This document shows, in pieces, positions 54,251 through 64,000 of a stretch of DNA of 64,000 bases. Below the pieces are notes generated by a model, which saw only the letters and a program-made list of their open reading frames with translations, was not told the origin of the DNA and searched no databases. Position 1 is the first letter of the stretch. Each line of letters starts with the position of its first letter. The translations under genes and the position numbers were made by a program. The DNA is from Macrostomum lignano (Eukaryota), in the NCBI GenBank assembly GCA_002269645.1, contig NIVC01000128.1, positions 1 through 64,000 on the forward strand, in the 5' to 3' direction.

Positions 54251-57177
54251 CTAACTTTTGCTTGACTTCTGCTTTCTCAGCTTCTTCATCTCGGCGTCGT
54301 AGGCCAGCACCTCATCTCGGCTGGGCCGCTGGCCGAACCGGCAGTGCAGCACCAGAGACGGGTCCTTGGCCGCCTTGCGCATCATGTCCACCGTCAGGTA
54401 GCGCCAGGCTGTCCGCGTGGCGTTGAAGGCGCGCACGAGGCCGTACCGGACGCCCGACAAGATCAGGCTGGTGCGCGGCGCCGGCTGGAAGTCCACGCTG
54501 CTGGGCGGGAAGGGCAGGCGCCGCTGGCTGACCCGCAGGAAGGTCAGCAGCTGCTTGCCCTGCAGCAGGACGTGCGCCAGGCAGTCCACCAGCCTGTCGA
54601 TGGTGGCGACGTGCTGCAACCGCCTGCTGTCCAGCACCTTGTGCTCCTTGACGTGGGCAAACCGGCACTGGCCAGACCGCACTCTGGCTAGGATGTTTTC
54701 GATGATGTCCTGCTCACGCCTGGCCATGTTCAGCAGGCAGGTCGCCGTGTTGCGCAGGTCGCGCGCTCTGCAATCGTATGGGGAAGCATGCCTCGATCCA
54801 ACTACTGATCTAAGTAGCTACTTAAATGTGAAAACAAGTGACTAACAACTGTCATGTAATTACTATAGAATCTTTAACCACCTGGCTGCACACGTTAGTC
54901 TAACTACTCATACATGGTGAAACACCTGACCGGACCTGTAATCTGATTGTTTCAATCTTTGATTACCTTGGATGGCACCTGCTATCTAATTGTTTCAATA
55001 TTTAATTACCTGACTGCACCTGTAATATAATTTCTTCAATCTTGAATTACCTGACCGCACCTATTATCTAATTGCTTCAATATTTATTTACCTGACCGCA
55101 CTGGTTATCTAATTGCTTCAATATTTAATTACCTGACCGCACCTTTTATCTAATTGGTTTAATATTTAATTACCAGAGTGAACCTTTCTTCAACTCGTAT
55201 CTTATCTGAAAATGTCTCAAATTAGGTGTATCATAATACAGCTATAAACAAATTTCTTAACTCCGCTGAATACAAAAAAATTGACTGCACCTGCCCAGTT
55301 AATTATGAACTCACAGTCACGGATTTCTGTTGTTATATTTAATTGTAATGAATCAGTTTGGCCAATCTTCACTCACCTGGGATGGCCGCTAGCCAGCTGT
55401 TCAGCGTCGAAGAAGAACTTTCTCCTCAAATAGACATTGAATGCCTGGATGCACTGCGGCAGGCTCTTGCGCTGCGGGTCCCGCTCAAGCGAGTACAGCA
55501 GAATCCGCAGCGGCTCCGAGCAGTAGATTCTGTCCGGATCGCGAGTCAATTTCGATTTTCTAACCGGCTGCGCCGCCTGACTCTTGGCGTTGTTGTTCCG
55601 GTTGCTGTTCTCCGCCGGCTGAGTGTCCAGCGGCTCGGGCAGGTGGTCCTGCGCCGCCTGCATCAGCAGCTCCGGGTTCAGGCCGTCGCATTCCGCCTGC
55701 CGTTTCAACTGTTGCACGGCGTGCAGAGTCTGCTTGAGCTGCAGGTAGCGATCGTACTGCTCGGCCACCTCCAGCAGGTTGGGCGCGCCGGTCATCCGCA
55801 GCCCCGGTGGGAGGCTCTCGGCGTCCACCAGGCCGGTCGGCGTCGGCGCGGGGTCTTTCGGGCCCGGCTTGAACAGGCGGAGCGGCAGCTGCGAGCTGCG
55901 GTAGCTTGGCGCCCCGATGATGCTTTCAATCAACAGGTGGACGGGGTAGAAAGACTTGCTAGCCAGCATGTGCAGCGCAATGTCCAGCCAGTCGCGGAAG
56001 TAGAAAGCCCGACGCTCGTAGCGCCGCCGCAACGGTAGCGCCAACTCGGTGTTCGGCTGCCAGCCGGCCGCCTGCAGCGGTAGCATAGCGGCGAAGAACT
56101 CCCGCCGCAGTGCCACCAGGAACAGCGGGAAGGCGTGGAAGTCGCCTTCGTTGGCGTTCTGAATGTGCGAAGCGAACTGGACTTCGGTGGGCGCCGTGAC
56201 GCGGTCTTTGTACGGGTCCTCCTGGATCAGCAGCGTCTCTGTGACGTCTCGCTTCAGGTGTAAATGCATTAGCTATATAGTATTTTATAGGCTTGCAGAT
56301 GAATTGTAGTAAAAAGAGATTAAAGCCATGAGGGTTAACTCCCAGATGGCGCAGGTGCAAAGTACACAGTGAATTAGAACCCTTACCAGGATTAGCTATC
56401 TAGGATTAGAATCCTTATTACGTAGATTGGGGATTTTTAATTAGAATCCTTACCTGAATTAGAGATTTTAGAATCCTTACCAGGATCACGGATCTGGAAT
56501 TAGAACCCTCACCTGGACTAGGGATTTGGGATTAAATTGATTGCCTAGATAAGGGATCGAGGATTAGAATCCTTACTACCTGGATTATGAATCTGGGATT
56601 AGAATCATTATCTGGACTAGGGATCTGTGATTAGAATCCTAATTACCTATATTTAGGGATCTGGGATTAAAATCCTTATTACCTGGATTGGGGATCTGGG
56701 GTAGAATCCTCATTGCTTGGATTAAAGATCTGGGATTCGAATCATTATTAGCTAGATTAGTGATTTGGGACCGAGGCAAGAGAAGGCAAAGCAGAGGATG
56801 TCTTGTCAAATTTAGCGCTCAATGGTTCGTCACGAACTCACAGCCTTCATGTAGAGAGCCACGCCGAGAGCTGTCAGGTACAGAACGCACTTGCAGTGGT
56901 ACATCGGCGAGCCGGCCTTCTTATCTTGAAAATAGAGCGCCGGATTGTCCAACACCTGGAAGTATTTACCGCGCAGAAAGTCGGGCGACACCTCCAGCTT
57001 CCGGCGGATGGCGTCAGAGTCGTCGCATTTGATGCGGCCAATAAGCCAGCGGTTGGTCGGGTGCAGGGCGTCCAGGAACCTGGGTACAGAGTAGTAATAG
57101 CAGTCCTCCAGCGAGTACAGCGGGTCGAGAAATGCTGGCGGCTGTGGAGCATTGAAGCTGTGCAAACTGTGCTGCAT
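54251..57177 (-). CDS. Uncharacterised protein, 3 exons, ~575 aa, no family recognised
   Basis: Exons 57177-56842, 56251-55377 and 54767-54251 join by GT-AG in phases 0 and 2 into one ORF with GC-rich codon usage. The first ATG is used; an upstream exon is possible. Confidence 0.8.
54925..55160. repeat. Degenerate ~35-bp intronic minisatellite (..TTCAATATTTAATTACCTGACCGCACC..)
   Basis: About 6 copies. Confidence 0.75.
56385..56770. repeat. Degenerate intronic minisatellite (GGATTAGAATCCTTACCTGG...)
   Basis: Recurrent TAGAATCCTTA/GGGATCTGGG motifs. Confidence 0.75.
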
Positions 57178-57387
57178 CTCGCTCGCATTGGGAGAGAGTT
57201 GAGGCAATGCAGATTGGCACAGCGCGAGAACGCTTGGTGGTTGAGAGATGAACGCAAGTTTAGTCTATGGTTTCAATAATGAACCGCTTAGGAGGCGAAG
57301 CTTTGTGTCCTCGACGATCAAGTTCGAGCTATTTATAGCATGCAGTTTCGTGCTGCCGATTCTTTCAGTTATACGGCCGAGCATGGA

Positions 57388-57888
57388 GGGTGTAATCTCG
57401 AAAAATTAGTCTGTTTCAGGGTGTAATCTCGAAAAATTAATCTGTTTCAGGGTGTAATCTCGAATAATTAATCTGTTTCGGGGTGCAATCTCGGATAATT
57501 AATCTGTTTCGGGGTGTAATCTCGGATAATTAATCTGTTTCGGGGTGTAATCTCGAAAAATTAATCTGTTTCGGGGAGTAATCTCGAAAAATTAATCTGT
57601 TTCGGGGAGTAATCTCGAAAAATTAATCTGTTTCGGGGTGTAATCTCGGATAATTACTCCGATTGGGGGTGTAATCTCGGATAATTACTCTGTTGTAGGG
57701 TGTAATCTCGGATAATTGCTCTGATTGAGGGTGTAATCTCTGATAATTACTCTGTTTGGGGTGTAATCTCAGATAATTACTTTGATTTGGGGTGTAATCT
57801 CGGATAATTACTCTGTTTGGGGTGTAATCTCAGATAATTACTCTGATTTGGGGTGTAATCTCCGATAATTACTCTGATTGGAGTTGTA
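57388..57888. repeat. 31-bp minisatellite GGGTGTAATCTCGAAAAATTAATCTGTTTCA
   Basis: About 16 copies with a left-to-right variant gradient. Confidence 0.92.
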
Positions 57889-58837
57889 ACATGCGGTAAT
57901 CAAGGATCGTACAGGGCGTAATATGGAATATTTATTAGACCAACGTCAAAAGTGCAACCTTCTATAAACCAACACAAGAAATTACGTTTTTAAGTAGACA
58001 GTGGCTGGCGGAAAGAATAAATTTCAATGAAAGAAAAAGTGGAAAAACTTCAGTGCAACGGCATCAATAAAATTTATTTAACATTTTGGTGCAAAAATAT
58101 TAAACTTCAGCATTCTGTAGCAGTTGTGCAGGGGTGCCTCCACGAAAGATGTTAGCTGATGCTGCGAGGTGCTAAGGGGAAGGTCATCCTGCTGGCAGTT
58201 GACCATCAATGCTGATTTGCTTACAATCTAAAAGGGAACTGTTGTACCAGCCTTAAAATATGTTTTCTATCCAGTATATTAAAGCAAAACAAATAGGAAG
58301 GCAATAGTGGGAACTGTTCTGGAAGCTATTGTACTGCTGATGCATAGACAAGCATGTCGAGCGTGTTGCAGCTGACAGGAGTACGGTCTCGCGACTCGCT
58401 ATATTGGAAGCACAACAGCTCAAAGTCAATGAGCTGAGCTGGCACTTGTAACCAAATTAGATTTACTAGAAAATGTAGTTAATCACAATCTGTACAAGAG
58501 ATGTACAGTGCAAGAGAACTCATTTTGGGAGTCTGAGCTCGCAGTGTGGAACAGTATGCTCGCATTTAGTGTGAAAATTTTTTTTATAATATTCAAGTAG
58601 TAGCCAAGTGTATGAAAAATAGTAGTTAAGCAAACAATCGCATTTCAACCATCTCAATTAAAGATTGCGCAACGCTTGAATGACTAAGAAAATATTTTAT
58701 AGCTTTTTGTGGAAAATGCGCTTATTTAAGACCTCGAAGCCAAGAGTTGTCTTTCAGCAGAAGGTGAAAATTTTGGGACAACCAGAGCTTTTATGCTGTG
58801 GGTAGCTGGTACCTCTCAAACCCTTCTTTATGCTTCT

Positions 58838-59622
58838 AACCACCTCACTCCCTGCCTCTCTGCCCATTTTAACTTCCAACCACCTCACTCCCTGCGCCTC
58901 TGTCCACTTTAACTTCCAACCACCTCACTCCCTGTCCCTCTGCCCATTTTAACTTCCAACCACCTCACTCCCTGTCCCTCTGCCCATTTTAAATTCCAAC
59001 CACCTCACTCCCCGCCCCTCTGCCCATTTCAACTTCCAACCACCTCACTCCCTGTCCCTCTGCCCATTTCAACTTCCAACCACCTCACTCCCCGCCCCTC
59101 TACCCATTTCAACTTCCAAACACCTCACTCCCTGTCCCTCTGCCCATTTCAACTTCCAACCACCTCACTCCCTGTCCCTCTGCCCATTTCAACTTCCAAC
59201 CACCTCACTCCCCGCCCCTCTGCCCATTTTAACTTCCAACCACCTCACTCCCTGTCCCTCTGCCCATTTCAACTTCAACCACCTCACTCCCCGCCCCTCT
59301 GCCCATTTCAACTTCCAACCACCTCACTCCCTGTCCCTCTGCCCATTTCAACTTCCAACCACCTCACTCCCCGCCCCTCTACCCATTTCAACTTCCAAAC
59401 ACCTCACTCCCTGTCCCTCTGCCCATTTCAACTTCCAACCACCTCACTCCCCGCCCCTCTGCCCATTTCAACTTCCAACCACCTCACTCCCTGTCCCTCT
59501 GCCCATTTCAACTTCCAACCACCTCACTCCCCGCCCCTCTGCCCATTTCAACTTCCAACCACCTCACTCCCTGTCCCTCTGCCCATTTCAACTTCTAACC
59601 ACCTCACTCCCCGCCCCTCTGT
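58838..59622. repeat. 40-bp minisatellite CCACCTCACTCCCTGTCCCTCTGCCCATTTCAACTTCCAA
   Basis: About 20 copies with alternating CTGT/CCGC variants. Confidence 0.95.
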
Positions 59623-59784
59623 CTTCTTCACACTTCAAATCACATCACTCTTTCCATATGAATGCGCGATTATATTAAGCGAATGATCGTGTACATTAAG
59701 CTTGCAAAGTGCATAGCATACTACAACTAGTGGATAAAAAACAGTTAATCAATTTGTAGCGCATATGACAGATACTCGTAATTA

Positions 59785-61601
59785 TTAGACGAATCCATTC
59801 CTGGCGAACTGCAGTCTGTGCAGATTCTCCGGTTCGGACGAGCTGTGCCACAAGTGGCTGGTCTCCTGCAATGCCGGGTTACTTTGTCTTGCAAATAGTG
59901 AGCTGTAAGATCTACACGGTCAGTATACCTAATAGTATTCTATTTTAGCTACAGCCCGCATTCATCTTGGACAAGTTGTGCGTGCAGATTCACACCTTAT
60001 CATTTAAATAGATCTCCTAATCGGTGTTATTGTAATAGCCTTGATCGCTGATAAGGTTGTGAGTAGGTCCTTTTAAAGATAACGTCTCTCAATACTATCT
60101 ATAATAATATGCAATTTTAATACAACAATACGCTGTAATATGCAGCATATTAACACCTTAAAGCATAAATATCACCGATATTGTATTATAGACATTTTGC
60201 CTAAGCTACACTCTAAGAGAAAGGCGGGGGCGCAGAGAGGTGCACCCACCCACTACCATAGGTTTACAGTTTAGTTAGAGGCAGTGGCTGTGTGCATCCT
60301 GGCGCACTTTAAGCGACATTGTCACAAAACCGGCGAGAGGCATTACTGCCCATTCCGCCGACTCCCCTGAGCAGGCACACAAGTGCGCGGATACATACGC
60401 AGTCAAACGCACAGGCACACACACGGGACTGCACAGCGACCCTAGCTCCATTTATCGTTAGTCTTGTACACTTCACTGTGCCTGGGAGGTTGGCCCTCAA
60501 GGGCGTTAATTGCACGAGCAGAGCCAAGCCGAGATTCCAATTTAGCCCCAAATTAATGTGACTGCACTTGGAATCGAGCCTGGGCCGCTGGCACAAAAAA
60601 GCGCCCCGCTAGACCACTGGGCTACGGCCCCCACCCATTACCATAGACTATTTTTTGGTTTCTAAAAATAAACTTCAGAAATTTCCAGAACACACGCACT
60701 TACCCGATTATGCAGCGCTGCATTGATTTGGCTGAACTCCGGCCTGTACAGAGGGTCATGGCTCCAGCATTCCGTGATGAGGTTCTGCGCGAGTTTTGCA
60801 GTTTTTTTTGGTGGATTCAGGGTTGAGGTATTTAATGTCGCTACAAACCAACTAACCTATTACTAAGAACGACTAGTCGTTTTTAACTATAAGCACACTG
60901 AGCAGCCTCACCTTAATGATGTCCGACACCCGGATATCCTGCACTGTGTCGCGCCTGCCTTGGCAGACATTCTCCATGTACTGGCGCCTGTCGCATTTGG
61001 CGTACGGATAGCGGCCGGCGCACACCTCGTACATGATCACGCTGGGGCGAGAAGAGAGGTAGTGGCTTGCATTTGCGTCTCCATGGATAACAGCCCCTAT
61101 CTACTTGTTAGATAGCCTGGCCCGAATCAAATAGCAAGTCGATAGCTGGCTATATACGAGCGTACATATACATATTAAAGTTAAAGACAAACCTGAGATA
61201 CCTTCCTTTAATGTCACTTTCCAAGTTTTGCAGCCACCTCACTCCCCGCCTCCCCCCTTTAAACTCTTGCAGCCACCTCACTCCCCGCCTCTCGCCTCTC
61301 TCTCCCCTTTGAACTCTTGCAGCCACCTCACTCCCCGCCTCTCGCCTCTCTCTCCCCTTTGAACTCTTGCAGCCACCTCAGTCCCCGCCTCTCGCCTCTC
61401 TCTCCCCTTTGAACTCTTGCAGCCACCTCACTCCCGCACCTGGCCCATCCAAAAGCCTCACCCGCCTACCTAAATGCAAACACATCGGACGCTGTAGTGA
61501 ATGCCGAATCAGGAATAGAAGACGTTTTGTCCGCCAGCTGAGTGAGAATCTCTGGCGGCGTGTACCAGACCAGAGACGCCGGTACCACCAAATAGCCTGG
61601 C
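59785..61601 (-). CDS. C-terminal exons of a KSR/Raf-like TKL kinase (subdomains VIII-XI + tail); 5' exons not found in window
   Basis: Exons 61601-61470 (PGYLVVPASLVWYTPPEIL..AFTTASDVFAF), 61041-60912 (VIMYEVCAGRYPY..GRRD..IIK), 60784-60704 (NLITECWSHDPLYRPEFSQI) and 59865-59785 (ETSHLWHSSSEPENLHR..FV*). GT-AG junctions, phases 2/0/0 consistent. Confidence 0.82.
60262..60630 (-). mobile_element. tRNA-derived SINE, family A copy 2, with 16-bp TSD, in last kinase intron
   Basis: Reverse complement of 42823-43182. Flanked by CCACCCACTACCATAG (60246-60261) and CCACCCATTACCATAG (60631-60646). Confidence 0.85.
61230..61437. repeat. 50-bp minisatellite x~4 in a kinase intron
   Basis: GCCACCTCACTCCCCGCCTCTCGCCTCTCTCTCCCCTTTGAACTCTTGCA units. 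Confidence 0.88.
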
Positions 61602-61964
61602 CTGAAAATCAGCGTATGAAGAATGCGTATTGACTTTAGCTTTAGGCTCGATGATACAAGTAAAACAAAGTTGCATTTTGAAGGTTAAATTCAGCATGCA
61701 GAAGTTCGTGAAGTCCAATGAATCAAACATATTATTTGTAAACAACAAGATCGACATCGATATAGTTGAACCAATCAATTGTCTATGGCTGAAACCCACT
61801 CTCTCACTTGGATCTTTAGCTAAAGTTGCTCCAACTCGCATCTGTCAAGCTTCAAAACCCCTCAATTTCGTTTGAAAATTCTGACCACTGAAGAGAGTTG
61901 GCTGTTTTTCTTCGCTACCTCGGAAACTCAGAATCAACAGACGGGTAATCAATTTCTCGACACC

Positions 61965-63077
61965 ATGGATTCCTCAGTGGATCACCGGATCAGCGCGGAC
62001 ATGCCGCGACGCCGCCTGGAGTTCGCTGACCCGGATTGTCCGCCGCACAGTCACCAGCAGCATCAGCTGATGCCGCAACAGGGTGGCGACTGCAGCATCC
62101 CGGAGACGGCAGCCGTTGGTGACGCTGAAATTGAAATCAACGAACGAAGCGGCGTCGGCGGCAGCGCTGGCGGCGGCAGCGGCAGCAGTCTTGCAGGAAG
62201 CGTTGCAGTGCCGACTGCATGCTGGAAAACCCTGCTAGCCCTGGCATGCATGGGCGGCGGCATGCTGCTGACCGCCATCAGCCTGGCGTATGTGCACGAC
62301 TACGTGCCCGAGTACCCGCCGCTGCCGGACGTCAGCCTCAGACTTGTGCCGCGCAGCGACTGGGCCCTGATGGCCTGCGAGGCCCTGCTACTATTGAACA
62401 TGAGCACCGCGCTGGCCCTGTGCTTGGCCCACAGACACCGTTGGGTGCTGCTGCGCAGGACCGGCTTCATACTGGCCATTGTGTTCCTCTATCGCTCCGT
62501 GACCATCGCCGTGACCGCCATGCCCGACCCGAACGCCCGACGGCACTGCGGGCCGCGCTCCAACTCCAGCCTGAACTTCGCCGAGATCTACGGCCGAGTT
62601 AGCCGCATAGCCATGGGCGCCGGCTTCTCGGTTAGCAACACGCACAACATCTGCGGCGACTCCATCTTTTCGGGGCACACGGCCAGCCTCACCCTGTCCT
62701 ACCTGACCATCAGGGAGTATACTCCTGCGACAGCCAGTCCGCTTCGCTGGGCGAGCCTCATCACCTGTCTGATCAGCTTCATGCTGCTGCTGTCCTCGCA
62801 CGCCCACTACACGGTGGACCTGATCATCGGCTACTGGCTGGCCAGCCGCCTGTTCCTCGTGTACCACGCCTTGGCCAAGTGCCCCTCTGCGGAACGGCGG
62901 AGCAGCCACCTCGCCCAGGTCTGGTGGTATCGCGCATTCGAATTCTTCGAGGCCGGCGTGCCGGGCCGGCTGCCGTGCGAGTTCCAGCTGCCCTGGCCGC
63001 ACGGCTGCTGCCAGAGAGCCTACCGGCGGCTAGGCAGCTTCCGCGAGAGGCTGCTCCGCGGCTTCACCACCCGCTGA
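61965..63077 (+). CDS. SGMS: Sphingomyelin synthase family protein (PAP2_C), intronless, 370 aa, no SAM domain
   Basis: Kozak CACCATGG. SMS motifs D1 PPLPD, D2 LRR..YRSVTIAVTAMP, D3 CGDSIFSGHT and D4 HAHYTVD. Confidence 0.93.
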   Translation: MDSSVDHRISADMPRRRLEFADPDCPPHSHQQHQLMPQQGGDCSIPETAAVGDAEIEINERSGVGGSAGGGSGSSLAGSVAVPTACWKTLLALACMGGGMLLTAISLAYVHDYVPEYPPLPDVSLRLVPRSDWALMACEALLLLNMSTALALCLAHRHRWVLLRRTGFILAIVFLYRSVTIAVTAMPDPNARRHCGPRSNSSLNFAEIYGRVSRIAMGAGFSVSNTHNICGDSIFSGHTASLTLSYLTIREYTPATASPLRWASLITCLISFMLLLSSHAHYTVDLIIGYWLASRLFLVYHALAKCPSAERRSSHLAQVWWYRAFEFFEAGVPGRLPCEFQLPWPHGCCQRAYRRLGSFRERLLRGFTTR

Positions 63078-63664
63078 GGGCTCCGCCCGCGTGAATTTCA
63101 GATTCATAACAGCCGGGACACTGACAGTACACTGCAAGCCTCTTTCTTCAATCAGTTTAGAATGCTGCGATGCCAAGCCAGACCAAATTAATTTAGCCGA
63201 TTAATCTAGTCTAGCTACTATAAAACTTAATTTTAGAATTTGACGTCGCAGTATTTGAAAATTGGCTGAAAATTGGAGGATAATTTGATCGATTTTTACT
63301 GCTAAAATCAACGTGGTCATGCCAGCAGGTAACTTGTTTGAAACTGTAGCTAACTTGAATAACTTGCATGAATTATATACCTAGCGATGCCAGCCATTCT
63401 GTCACTCATTCACTTCGGTCGGGAAAGCCCGATTGCCAGAGAATTTCATTCACCGTTTTTTGTTGCGTTATTTGCTCGTCACGATTAGTTCGAAAATCTC
63501 AAGTAAACGGGACATTGGATGCTTGCAAGCAGAAAATATGATGATGGACGAGATTTACAGGCGTTTTTTTCTGTGACTCAGGCTTGATTAGTTATCCAAT
63601 ACAAGTTATCGAGTTATCTGCAAGTCATCAAGTCACGTTAAGTTATCTGCACCTAAAAATCCAA

Positions 63665-63930
63665 GCATGAGCCATAGGAGACAAGTGGATTATCTGAATA
63701 ACGACACTCCAACGACACTGGTTCGATTCCGCACTCGCGTGGCCATTCATTTCGGGCTTGTGAACGAAAATTGGTCCAGAGAGGTTGTGCTGCGATTCGC
63801 AGCCATGAACGCCAGCCCCCAAGGCACACAGAGTGTACATGTCTGACGATTAGAAAGTCAGGGCCGCTGTACACCCGGAGTGAGCGTGTGTATGAGTGCG
63901 TGGCTGCGTACAGCATTAAACCACATGGTC
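63665..63930 (+). mobile_element. Diverged tRNA-type SINE sharing a central domain with family A
   Basis: B box GGTTCGATTCC at ~63720. CCCCAAGGCAC..GTGTACATG..GGGCCGCTGTACAC..GTGAG.GTGTG aligns with ~42965-43050. Confidence 0.55.
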
Positions 63931-64000
63931 CCCCAAGAGTAAGAGTTTCTTGCTAACTTCGTGGCTTATGCTTAAGTTCCTTGGCAACTCACTCTGAATG

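Noticed and set aside
54725-54770. Tyrosine-recombinase/Crypton-like motif in RDLRNTATCLL
   Set aside because: Only superficially like HxLRxxxAT; the other catalytic R/H/Y motifs were not identifiable.
61605-61870. Upstream kinase exon (HRQLIGST...) in the 61509-61841 ORF
   Set aside because: AT-rich, with no HxD/DFG motifs or compatible donor. The overlap with the real exon is in a different frame.

Overview
Eukaryotic (metazoan) genomic DNA with GC-rich spliced exons, AT-rich spacers and at least 30 distinct micro/minisatellite arrays. This style fits a Macrostomum-like flatworm genome (inference, not confirmed). Most long ORFs in the supplied track are repeat artefacts, so genes were rebuilt by hand from GT-AG boundaries and reading phase. 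Genes found: 3' end of a B-type muscarinic receptor (+), CCDC34 (-), FAM81 (-), LDAH (+), a WIF-domain secreted protein lacking EGF repeats but with an Arg-rich tail (+), a shootin-1 homolog (+), an unassigned 575-aa protein (-), the C-terminal exons of a KSR/Raf-like kinase (-), and an intronless sphingomyelin synthase (+) apparently nested in a kinase intron. Top discovery, invisible to the ORF track: a 12-exon micro-exon neuropeptide precursor gene on the minus strand (21628-32120). It encodes a signal peptide plus nine basic-flanked nonapeptides (FSAPQAFDW family), each on its own 36/39-nt phase-2 exon. The window also holds a two-copy TIR element (one copy seeding a satellite) and several tRNA-derived SINEs.
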